Part shown: positions 10,356 through 21,421 of the stretch, one piece after another
Numbering within the stretch: the first letter of the stretch is position 1
Layout: each line of letters begins with the position of its first letter
Assembly: GCA_010405405.1 (NCBI GenBank)
Contig: MU004231.1
Span: forward strand, 2,557,860-2,621,859
Length of the DNA stretch: 64,000 bases
Reading direction: 5' to 3'
Source of the DNA: Microthyrium microscopicum
Taxonomy: Eukaryota
Notes under the pieces: model-generated
Told to the model about the DNA's origin: nothing
Databases searched by the model: none
The model's input: the letters and a program-made list of their open reading frames with translations, nothing else
Position numbers and translations under genes: made by a program

Positions 10356-12320
10356 ATGGCTTCTGCTCGTCTTGTCTCCAAAGGGGGCAGGCTTCAGCAG
10401 CCTGTTTGCAATACCCGTAACAATCTCTTATCAGTCAATGGAAGTCAAAGACGATACAAGGCTGATGCTGTAGCCGAGCGAGCTACACCGACTAATCACG
10501 TTCCCCCTTCAAACCAAAACCAACGAATGCGTGCCAAAATGGTAGAAAGAGAATTCTTTGAATCTGTACTTGGCGCTTCGGCCACAAAGCGAGATGCAAA
10601 AACATTTCTCTCGCGGTTTACTGCAAAGCCTAGCAAAGAGAAACCAGCATCAGCAGCTACCGAAGAACGTGGCTTCCATGCCAAGATCAATCTAGGAAAT
10701 TTATATACACCCACCAAGGCAATCGCAAACAGTCCTGTGTTTACCCAGCAACCGTCGGAAGACTTTCCTAATAGGACAGATGGTCTCCTTCATACGTCGA
10801 TAGTAAAGATCAGTGACCTTCGCAACATCGACGATGAAACCTTGAATGGGATAGCAACAACTCTTGTTCAGCTTGGTAGACTTGGTGTCCGATTAGTAAT
10901 TGTCTTGGAGGGTTCGCCCGATGGGATCCGGGAGGACACCCAGGATTTACTTCAGCAGGCTAGGAGAGTAGTTGATGTGCTGCACCAAACAAGCGAGCAC
11001 GGAGCCAGACTTGTTGACCACTCATTTGCTTTCCTTAATGGATCAGAAACTGGAAATGGTGCCATTTCAGGCTACGGGAATCTGGAATTTCAACTCAAAG
11101 ATCTATTGCTATCACCGCTTACAGAAGGAATCATTACTGTAATTCCACCGCTTGCCCAGACTTGTGGGTCACGAGTGGAGAAAGTAGAGGCAAACTATAT
11201 CATTGCTGCGTTGACAAAGTACTTTGCCGATCAAAACAGCGTTAAAGAACCTACTCAAGGGATCAAGACCATTCTGGACAGGATAGTGTTCCTGGATCCC
11301 ATTGGAGGCATGCCCAATCCCAAAACAGACGGCAATGCTCATGTTTTTGTCAATCTGGCTCAGGATTACTCAGAAATTCGCGAAGATTTGGAGACAACGT
11401 CTACTGGTGCAATGACACCCGACACTTCACACCAACATCTGGAGAATCTTGAATGTATTCAAAAATGCTTGGCTATCCTGCCATCTACGGCTTCGGCTCT
11501 GATTGCAACTCCATTAGAAGTTGCCAAATCATCTAGCAAATCATCCTCTATATCTACCACTGGAGTCTTCACTAGACCAAAACGAAATGCTCTAATACAC
11601 AACATCCTCACAGACAAACCATTAGTGTCCGCCTCACTACCGCTTGCTCGACTTTACGATGCCGCTCAATTAGACGCAGGTCAACGGTCAAGCTCAACCT
11701 TTTTCAAAAACGGCATGCCCCTTACTATTGTTCCTGACCCACGAGTCGCGATATGGTCGGATCCTGGCGTAGACAAAAATACCTTGGAGCTAGACAATGA
11801 TCCCCGAGTAGACTGGCCGAAGCTCGTTCATCTAATCGAAGATTCATTTGGACGCCCGTTAAACGCCGAACACTATCTAAAGCGCATCCAAAATCGAGTC
11901 GCTGGAATTATCATCGCAGGCGACTATGAAGGCGGCGCTATCCTTACATGGGAGCAACCTACTGGTCGGCCAGGCAGACCAACAGTCCCCTATCTGGACA
12001 AATTTGCGGTTCTACGTCGCTGTCAAGGCTCTGGTGGCGTTGCAGATATCTTGTTCAACGCCATGGTCAATAGATGTTTTCCAGAAGGCGTGGTATGGAG
12101 GAGTCGTCAAACCAACCCAGTCAATAAGTGGTATTTTGAACGGGCTACGGCGACCTGGAAAATACCGGAGAGCAATTGGACGATGTTCTGGACTGGAAAT
12201 GAAGTTGATTTTGGTGCGAAAGGGATGGTCCCGGAAGATGTAAAGGAGCGATGGCTGGATTATGTTGCGGTTTGCTCACATATTGCTCCTAGTTGGGCGG
12301 ATCAAAAACCACCAGATTAA
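10356..12320 (+). CDS. ARG2: Mitochondrial amino-acid N-acetyltransferase (N-acetylglutamate synthase; Neurospora arg-14 type)
   Basis: Intronless ORF with an Arg-rich presequence and REFF.SVL.ASATKRDAK.FLSRF. C-terminal DUF619/GNAT domain with YLDKFAV, WRSR.TNPVNKWYFERA and WTMFWT. Confidence 0.93.
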   Translation: MASARLVSKGGRLQQPVCNTRNNLLSVNGSQRRYKADAVAERATPTNHVPPSNQNQRMRAKMVEREFFESVLGASATKRDAKTFLSRFTAKPSKEKPASAATEERGFHAKINLGNLYTPTKAIANSPVFTQQPSEDFPNRTDGLLHTSIVKISDLRNIDDETLNGIATTLVQLGRLGVRLVIVLEGSPDGIREDTQDLLQQARRVVDVLHQTSEHGARLVDHSFAFLNGSETGNGAISGYGNLEFQLKDLLLSPLTEGIITVIPPLAQTCGSRVEKVEANYIIAALTKYFADQNSVKEPTQGIKTILDRIVFLDPIGGMPNPKTDGNAHVFVNLAQDYSEIREDLETTSTGAMTPDTSHQHLENLECIQKCLAILPSTASALIATPLEVAKSSSKSSSISTTGVFTRPKRNALIHNILTDKPLVSASLPLARLYDAAQLDAGQRSSSTFFKNGMPLTIVPDPRVAIWSDPGVDKNTLELDNDPRVDWPKLVHLIEDSFGRPLNAEHYLKRIQNRVAGIIIAGDYEGGAILTWEQPTGRPGRPTVPYLDKFAVLRRCQGSGGVADILFNAMVNRCFPEGVVWRSRQTNPVNKWYFERATATWKIPESNWTMFWTGNEVDFGAKGMVPEDVKERWLDYVAVCSHIAPSWADQKPPD

Positions 12321-12507
12321 GTGTAATGGATTCATTATGTTGTTATTTATTTACAGACTTCAAGATGATGCGAGGCATACTCCCATAAGCGGCAATGGCT
12401 ACCACCAATGCTACTAGCCAGATGCTGCTTCAATTACCATCACACTCGATTGAACGATCAAGGCTAAGCGCCAGTGGCACATAACGCACTCGCTGCTGAA
12501 TTCCTCG

Positions 12508-14643
12508 TTAATCCAGTCGATCCAATGCAATGGAAACCATACTGGGGTTCTTTCTCGTCCATGGCAAAGCCACCTGGTGGGAAAGCACCTTTCGAACATA
12601 CAGTCTTATCTGGCTCCAGTAACATAATAACGTCGCCGCGACGAATAAAGGTCCAGTAGCGGCTACCCAGACCCAAATACTCAATCGAGTACCTAACTCT
12701 CGGAAGTTCATACCGAAGAAACTAGTACTAAACGACAAGGGTAGAAACAGGAATGCAAGAACTGTAAGCCGTGTTGTAGATTCGGCTTGTAATGCCGCTT
12801 TCTGCATCTCTTTCAGTGATGCAGTGGTTCGAATGTCTTTGATAGATTCCCAGTGTGTGCTCAGATTTGCCTCCGCCTTTGCAATCAGCGACTCGTAGTC
12901 GTGAAGTAGCGAGTTCGCGGCTTGCTCTGCTTGAGACACTTGTTTGAGGTAGAAGGAGTCTTTGCTGCCACTACCTTGTGATGTTGTGGGGATTGACATG
13001 GCGGAGCTCTCACGTCGTAAAGGATCGGAATTATCATGAAGGCGGTCTCGCACTGATCTCCATCGCGTTCCACCTCTCCGTTTAATCCAGTCGATTACGA
13101 TGCGGTAATGTTGGATATGCTCTCGTAAAATTCCTCGGTGGTATGCGAAGTTATGGGCGACATAGTCGGGGTCGCCGTGCTGGTTCCAATGTGCTATATC
13201 TGCTTCCAGATTTGATCTCATAAAGTTTAGAAACTGATTCTCAGCACACGCGGAGAAGGCAAACAGTTCATGCAAGGAATAGAAAGCGTCTGCCTTCATG
13301 ATATCCGGATCCAAAAATCTCCCATAGAGTTTGGTTGGTAGCAGAGACATGCTTTGAAGGTAGGCATCAGGACCAGAGCGATCATGCGACTGCAAATCGG
13401 ACGCGTCCAAGTTCAAAAAACACATCCTAGACTCGGTCTGGATAGTAGGATAGAACATGTCGCCAAAGGGATTATGTGAGGCCTCAAACCATGGTCCAGG
13501 TGGGCCATCTGCAAGACTTCTCCCAGCGTCGAGAAGTATGATTGCTGAATGCAACTGTTAGTAAGATAGTTCTGAGTAGAGAAAGTGGTTTTTAAGTAGA
13601 AGAAATAGTTTTAAGAAACAACCTTCGAGAACGTACCTAGCCATCCTTTTCCTCTTTTCATTACGCTGATTGTTATATCTTGCTCTATTGAGTAATGTCT
13701 ATCATCATGGAATGAGTATTTTCTGACAATGGACTCTCCTATTAAGTCTGGCTTTGCCCCTAGAGATTGAAAGTGACGAAGCAGAGCTTTCTTTCCCTCA
13801 ACTCTGTTCTTTGTTGTTGGGTTTGGTCTTCCTAAGGTGTTGACTGGAAGTCTAAGAATGTTCTGAGATGCTGAAGGAAGTGCTGGTAAATCATAATGAT
13901 CTGTTATGGTTCCAAAAGTAAGCTGTCTTCGAAAGATCTCTGGCTCGACTCTATATTTCGAGCCAACTAGGTTCGCCCAATGCGCGGAAGGATAGCCGCA
14001 CAGGAATAGTAGCTGGCCGCATTCGTTCTGTGGTAAAGGATGGTTGGCAAAGGCTTCGAGGCCAGTGATAGAGTCAAATTTTGTCACTCTGCGGATGTCT
14101 AGAGGCGCGTAAGATAGGTCGTGAATTACTGCGAACGCATGCGGAGTCCTCGGCTGAGCTAATGATCGGCCAGGTCTGCTATTCAGAAAGAGAGAAAGAT
14201 ATCTGTAATGAAGGCCTGGATGGAGGCTTCGATCTTTTGACCTGTTGGAGAAGCGAGTGACAGCCGATGCGTAGTTCCTGGAACTGGTCAGTATAAGATA
14301 CTATCAGTGCTAAGAATCTCTCAACGCCTAAATGGTCCTGTCGGTGTGAAAGCATAAGGTGTACGCCATCGCATTCGGTGGTTACCACAGCACTATATCA
14401 GAAGCGCTTTCTATGGGAGCCATCGAATATGTTCGCAGCCACTACTAATTTTGGCATAATTCCAAGGTCATCAAGAACTTTCTTTGGATATGGGAACTCT
14501 TACTTTGGTTGGTGTTTCTCTTGTCGTTCTTGCGTACTACTACTGCCTTTCTGAGTACTGCTGTGGCCTTCTGAAGGAGTCGACTCGTGTGCCGACTCGG
14601 GACCTGCAGGTACTCCCGAGATTATAGGTAATGGTGAGGACAT
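12508..14643 (-). CDS. CorA-like (2-TM-GxN) membrane protein of the divergent fungal type, about 605 aa, 3 exons
   Basis: Exons 14643-14504, 14277-13637 and 13544-12508 join in frame with canonical GT-AG introns. C-terminal long stalk helix, TM1 LTVLAFLFLPLSFSTSFF-GMN-FRELG, TM2 IWVWVAATGPLFVAATLLCYW. N-terminal part has LLFLCGYPS..W...VG.KY.VEPE.FRRQL. Exon 1 is the least certain part. Confidence 0.85.
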
Positions 14644-15418
14644 TGCATAGTGATAGGCTGATAGCCTGATAAAATGATAATCAATGCACGCTTAGCGATC
14701 TCAAAGTTTGATAACGGGAATGAAAGCGACCTCCTTCGAGGCCAAGTAGTCGGGTCCTGTATATTCAAGCAAATCAGCTAGGAGGCTATACAGTCCAGCC
14801 TAGACAAAAGTTGAAAAAGCTTGTCATTTATCTTTGTGGCGCTGAAGCGCCGTCATAGCCTGCAATGTTGCATGAATGGTTCGCGACTAATCGCAGCACG
14901 CCTGGCTCAGCCTCAGCCTGACGGTGCTCACATATTGCGGAATAGGCGTACTGCATATAGTGTACATCAATACCATGAAAGCCATGCAGGATGAAATCCA
15001 GGGAGCTAAGCAGAGCATCCAATCAAAAACCGTGTCTTCACGCTGTCTGAACCTTTTCGAATTGGAATACGATGTTGTCAACTCAGCCTTTGTACGATAG
15101 CTCCATATCGTACATCATTAAAAGCGCAGACATGATGCTGCTGCTTCACTGTTTGCGGCATTGCTTCCACTCCTCCAATTCTTGATAAAACTCGTATGGC
15201 AGTATGGCGGATGTACCAGTCTTTGAAGCATTTCGGCATCAATATCACCACAAGTGTAAATAACGGTACAACTTCCCGGTAAGAAATCACATTTCCCAGT
15301 CCCATTCAGTTTCATAGGACTACTGAGCGGGTAGAAGATCAGCTCGTGGATACACAAACATCAAAAGGAGACAAGGTAAGGAAGCGGTTTATGGTGATTG
15401 CATCGTCTAGTAGTGATT

Positions 15419-18400
15419 TTACTGCGCCCAATTTGGAATGAAAGTGACAAGATCGTCTGGTCCTATCTTGCGGCCATGCTTCTTTGTGAGCCATTCAAGG
15501 TATGCTTTAGCTTTTTTCAAGCTACGGGAGGCCTCGGTGTCGAAACCAAGTTGACCTTGAGCATTCGAGAGCTTAAGTAGCGATTGTGCAATTTGTGCGG
15601 CATAGTCCTTTTTCTCTCCGTATATCTCCAAGCCTTTCTGAAACATCAGGCTATTACATGTCATTAGCATTGTACTGTGGAAGTAACCGCGCTATCTAAG
15701 CTTACCAGGCGTCCGAAGTTTGCTCTAGCTCCATATAGGCCAGGCCAATCTTATAATAGAGTGCGGCCACTCGATAATGCTGGGTACCTAGCGTCGTACA
15801 ATACTGAGCGAGTGCTTTGAGATAAAGGTCAAGACTTTCATCAATTCTCCTCTGACAACCTCTGACCTTTCCTAGCAGCAACAAGCCTAATCCCGGTCTA
15901 AAAGGTGATTAGTGAGCATTTGGGATTGGATGGGATGATTTACTTGAATGATTCCGTGTCCATAGGCCCAAATGTCTTCTCTCGATACTCAAGATATGGC
16001 TCCAGCACATCTGAAGCTTCTTGGTATCGTCCGAGACTGCAGAGACACATGCCTTTGTTCAGATATCCCCAGTCTGGGTAATGATCCGAGTGCTCGTAGT
16101 AACACTTGATAGCTGCTTCATGTTGTTCAATGGCGTCCTCAAACCGTCCAGCTCCGATATATGCTTCTCCCAGCTCGTTGTAGGCTTGCGCCCTTCTCCA
16201 GCTAAACTCCTCATTGTCTACAAATAGTTGCAGGCTCTTCTCCGCGTGCACAATGGCTGTGTCTGGTTGATTCATGATAGTCGCGATCTGGGCCAGGCAG
16301 CCCTCATTCTGCGCATTGGTGACATAAGTTGATTTTGCATCTCTCTCGCAGATCTTTTCAGCTGCTTGAAAGTATGGAATACTATCTGGAATGTTGCCTC
16401 TCTCGAAGTAGTACCTAGAAACGTCAGTCACTAAACATTTACCCAAATCAGTTCAACTTACCTTCCGAAATCCATGGAAAGCCGGGCAATATTATAGACG
16501 ACATGATCCAATGTCTTCAACATGTCACTTTCTCCATAGATACGAAGCATACTGGCAACGTGTGGCACTGTTGGCTCACATTTCTTTAGACGTTCCACGC
16601 TATGGTCAAACATGCTGAAAGGCCAAGTAATATATAAGAGACTCTGAACGCCATTGAACACAGCTTTGAAGGTATCGACATCCATTCGTGCTCTTGATGT
16701 ATCTTGAACAATACGATGGATTATCAGCTCCTTACGCTCCCTGTTGCGCTTGAGCAGAGACGACTTTGTCAACTCTGTTCTCGCTGCAACAAACTCCGCC
16801 GTATCTTGTGGATAATCTTTGATCCGGTCAATTTCTTCGACGTTGGCCATGTTCAATAGAAGTTCTTCTGGTATTTGATCGGGGTCAAGGAATGATATGA
16901 CGTAGAGCAGGGCCAGTGCCTGCGGAGACAAGTCCTCAAAGGCCCAAACGGTGTAGAGATTCTTTTGCACTGACATGACACCATCTTTGTAAAAGTCGGA
17001 CCGAACTGTCTCACGCTCGTATAGGTCCAAAAACTCAACGAAGTCGAGGTCACGGCGCTGTATGGTGCCTGCGATTTGAGTGATTGCTAGTGGAAGTCCA
17101 CTTAGCTTCGCTGCAATTGCCTCTGATGGTTCGACATCCGAGTTCTCATGGTATCCAGTGAGCTGTCGAAGCAGTGTGCCAGCTTCATTCGAGCCAAAAG
17201 GATCCAGGTCAATTCCACCAGCAACTGAAACATGTGATCTTGTTTTGGCTAAAGGATCTCGACTGGTGACGAGTATAGAACCATTTCCAGAGACAGGCCA
17301 GAAGTCGCGAAGAACAGAGAGATCATCAGCGTTATCAAACACAATCAACCATGTCGGAGCTGGTAACGTTGGATCGTCTGGATTCTTGGATCCTTCTTGA
17401 ATCTGTCTGACAGGGGAAGAGAGCCACTCAAGAACTAAGTCTTTGCTGACAACCTGGTCTGTAGCTTCTTCCTCGAGTCCGAGGCTCCCTGAAATCTCAG
17501 TGTATGACTGTGCTAATTTTCCTACCTCACTAGCTTGGAGGAAGAATACTGCGTCAAATTGCTTTTGAGCTTGAAATGCGAATTCGACTGCAATCTGTGT
17601 CTTCCCAAGCCCACCGGCTCCGCAGAGAGCAAATGTTTTGATACCAGCTAAGGTTTCTGTTTGAGACTTTTGGGGAATCAATTTCTCTGCAAGCAGTTCC
17701 AGCGTGTCCTGACGTCCGAAAAAGTCCTGGTTGCGATTGTGCGGCTTCATGAGGTACAATGGAAGATTAAACATCTTCTCATCTCCAGTCAGATCGGAGT
17801 TGAGAGGGATGATTTCGTAGCTTGCGTCAGACTGTACGCCCAGTGTGGCATCTCCAGTATTTCCAGGACTTACGGTTCGATGGACCAAGTCTCAAAGAAG
17901 GTTAGACGAGCGAAAACAGTTCAGCATAAACTTACCATTCTCGCTGGCGGTTATGGTCCATTCCTGAAGGCTTGCTTGCTCTAGAAATGTTAAAGACATG
18001 CTCATTTAAGCAGTCTCTTGCAAGCTTACCGTCGCCCGAAGCACTGAGAATAGTTGAGTTCTTTTCTACGATTGCAAAGAAGGCTCCCAATTTTTCCGTG
18101 AACGCGCTTGTCGAGCTAAGACTGCAGAGATTGTGATGATCAGAATCCACCTTGGTTACTTGCTCTTTGGGCAATCCTGTACGCCCAAATTGTTCATCAA
18201 CAAGCTGTAGCACACAATTAGCCAATCCTAGAGGGTGACTCTCTGGCGCCAAAAACATGAAGCCGAATAGACGACCATCTTTGCTGAGTGTAATATCTGC
18301 CATGATACTTCTTGACGGGATAATGCTTTAGTTCTCATCTTATTCGAATATGTTGTGATTAGTTGACCAACTGCATGATAATCAGAGCATCCTGTCTTCA

Positions 18401-19316
18401 AGAAGGCTGTGGCAGTCGCTCCAAGCTAGAGCATGAGGGCATGGAAACTGTAACTGAAAGCTTGACATACTAATTCTTTTCTGCTCACCATCATTTTTGT
18501 CTCTATCTTGGTGGTTTTCCCTTCAACGGCCGACAGTATCGGGACTGGTGTTCTAGACTCTTTGAAAGTTTGACATATCCGTGCTATAACAGAAACCTGA
18601 CCTGCGGCTTTGTTAATGTTATCCTTGGAAAGGTCCGTTGCGGCGCGAAGGAGAGCCGAGATTTTGAACCAAGTTTGTGGTTGTTCGTAGGTCAAATGGG
18701 GGCAGCCTAGAAAGACAATGCCGGATAGAATGCTGATGACTTTATCATAGTTAAGCTTGTAGTATTCCGCGTGTAGAGTCCCTATTGTCTGATATATATT
18801 AGCTTTAAGACCAATGTCAACAGATTGACAGACTCGTTTGGCAACAACGCCTCCGATTCCATGGCATATAAAAACCAAAGGCCTTCTCAAGAACTGCCCT
18901 CAGTTAGTATGTAGGTATATAACGTTGATGGACGGTGTTTCATTCCTTTGGATCGTCTTTTGCTGTGGAAATGATGAGCTCAAGTAGATTATCTCCACAC
19001 CTAGCCAGCTGTTCCCACGAGAAATTACTGCCCGAATTGGAAGCATACTGGTATTCCAAAACCAACGGCTTGTTGACTAAATTTGGCAGTACTGTATTGA
19101 GCCAGCAGTCGGATCCATCTTTCCATGAGGAGACACTGCTTTGTGTACCAACATCTGGAACAACAATCACACTGAACACAGGTTTACTTTATTAACCATT
19201 AACTAGTTTGAATGAAGGACTTACGTTGTGGCATGAAAATCCAAATACGTTGCTGCAGTCTTATGAACTGGACATAACTTCGCGTGTATGTTGAAATAGG
19301 ATGCAAGTCCAGCCAT
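15419..19316 (-). CDS. Fungal NLR-like STAND protein: degenerate SesB-like alpha/beta-hydrolase + NB-ARC + TPR, about 1079 aa, 10 exons
   Basis: Exons 19316-19225, 19171-18946, 18893-18834, 18788-18471, 18204-18030, 17980-17936, 17890-16462, 16414-15944, 15897-15706 and 15650-15419 sum to 3240 nt in frame. Motifs: RPLVFICHGIGG, GIVFLGCPH, VDSDHHNLC, RNQDFFGR, Walker A GAGGLGKT, Walker B WLIVFDNAD, GSILVTSR, GLPLAI, LIIHRIVQD and TPR-like helices. The intron 2 donor is non-canonical (see findings). Confidence 0.88.
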
Positions 19317-19934
19317 AGTGTGTTGATTTGGATTTCCTCGACCTAGAATTGGATTGAGTGTGCTCGAATACCTTTGCGCTACCACTGGAGTATGCGATAG
19401 CGGATCGTATATCAACGGCTTGCGATATGTGGTAACACTATCATACTCATCGAGTGGTGAAATCTGCCTTGTTCCTTCGCACTAGGTCAATTTGGCCTTA
19501 CGAAGTAGGTTGAATGGATAAATTAGCGCGACATGCGTCAAGGCAGGTTTCTTATCTCTTTCCCCTCGATCTTTAAAGGAGCCTTGCAAGCTGTATACCT
19601 TGAAATTGATGTCGGTTCGATGCAGTGATGCGTGCTTTGAGTCTGAGCCCCGCCCTGCTGCATGAGTCTCTTGGGTGGTGGTAAGCGAAATCAGCCTTGC
19701 AGAAGGGTACAGACATACGACAGATCTTGGTTTATGAGTTGCAGGGGCAGCCATCGCCGCAGATGGGAGTGTCATTCGATCGGTCAACCTAGAGAGCTTT
19801 AATCACAGAAAATGGGTATCATGACACAGCTGTATTTTCTCTGCAAATAATCTGTTTTGGAAGAATTTCTTGATGCACTATATCAATTCCTATTTGAAGT
19901 ACTGAATGTATATAGTACATCGTGCACATTAGTT

Positions 19935-20764
19935 TCAGTATATCAGTAGCGAGCTATTACCCAGTGTCTTCGCCAATGCCAATATCTCTCCAGCGAGCAG
20001 TGTTGTTCCACTCGATGTAATCGGTTTTGATGGTTTCACATAACCTGTTGGTAGCTTCTCCTGGCCCATCCACTCCTCTACTGCTTTGCGAGGCGCGCTA
20101 TAGCTTGCACTGCTTCCTGCTGGTGGTGATCCCAGCGCCTGCAGTAGCAATGCCGATTCGCCATATGCCAATGTCGTTGCCTGCACTCCCAATGCTTTGG
20201 CACCACCCTTCTTGCTTTCGGCTTCACGGCGCGCGCGACTCTTGGCCAGTGTAGCAACTGTCAACGCTCCACTTGGTCCAGCATCAGCCAGAAGGGCGGC
20301 GAGGAGGGCTGGCTGGACGCTGTGGTTGTCGCCTTGGGATGCGTCGTTTCGGACGAGTGAGGCATCGTGCTCGATGATATCGTGCTTGCTGAGATCGGCG
20401 AGCATGATGGCAGTCGCACCTTTGGGAGCCACTTGGTTTGCACCTTGGGCGAGGGTTTTGGCGAATGATGGATCGATGTTGTAGAGTTCGATTACTGCCG
20501 CTGCGAGCATGTCTGCGGTGATGTTTTGGCCATTGCGGGGACTACGACGTAGATTAGTTTTTGAGACTCAGCTGAGGTTGGAAATGGGACATACAGAACG
20601 CCGACATTTGCGGCGGTGTTTAGAGCTGGGCAGGGACTTCTTGAATCGCTGGCTGCTGCAGCTTTCCAGACCTGTTCGTGGCCTGGTGGAGCTTGAGGAT
20701 AGCCGTTTGCGACTTTGACTGCTACGAGCGATAGAGACAGTAGGAGTTGGCTGGAATACATCAT
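19935..20764 (-). CDS. Secreted heme-thiolate peroxidase / short unspecific peroxygenase (Peroxidase_2 family), 2 exons
   Basis: Signal peptide MMYSSQLLLSLSLVAVKVANG; proximal RSPCPALN; intron 20542-20594; LPRNG.NIT; distal IEHDASL.R.D; acid-base Glu in AYGESALLL. Confidence 0.92.
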
Positions 20765-21421
20765 GTTCGACGAAAAAGAGAACGAAATGCCCCTAAAGTC
20801 CTGGGTAGAAAAGTGTATATGCAATGAGTGTAGTAGTATAACCTGGGAGTGTGCTAAACGTTTCACCTCAACCTATATAGGAAAGATTGAAAGCCATGAC
20901 GAGCAAGTTCTCGGCCATGGCATTCCAAATAGCAGGATTCTAATCGGTTGCATCATAAGTTGTTAAGCGATATTCAATTAAAGTTATTTCTAATAGTGAT
21001 GGTCCGGTTGGTGCCATGGTTCAGGGCTCTGACCATCTCGATATTAAGATTAAGATTTAGCGTGTATACAGTTTAAGATATACTCCTCTGACACCGTCGA
21101 TCATCGTCATGGGTAATTTGAAATACCATTCTTGTGGGTGGTATTTGCTTTACACAATGTTTGAGTGGTTGGCGACGGCCTTGTCTTTGCACGAGGCTAT
21201 ATCACAGGCTATGTAGACTGAAAGATGTAACGATGGGGCTCAGAGCTCCAGGATAGGTATTATGCAAAACATACATCAAGTGAATTTGGAGCTTGAAAGG
21301 CTCTCGAGTATATATGCATGCCTGGTAGCCAGATCTGCTGGACAATTTGGAGATAGAGCGTACTTAGTACATCACTGACTACGAGCGTCTCCTATAGGCC
21401 TCCACACAGTTGCTGAGGACA

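Noticed and set aside
19225..19316. Amyloid signalling motif (HRAM, PP/RHIM, sigma) at the NLR N-terminus or at the CorA-like termini
   Set aside because: No N/Q/G-rich pseudo-repeat or G-x-Q-x-G pattern visible.
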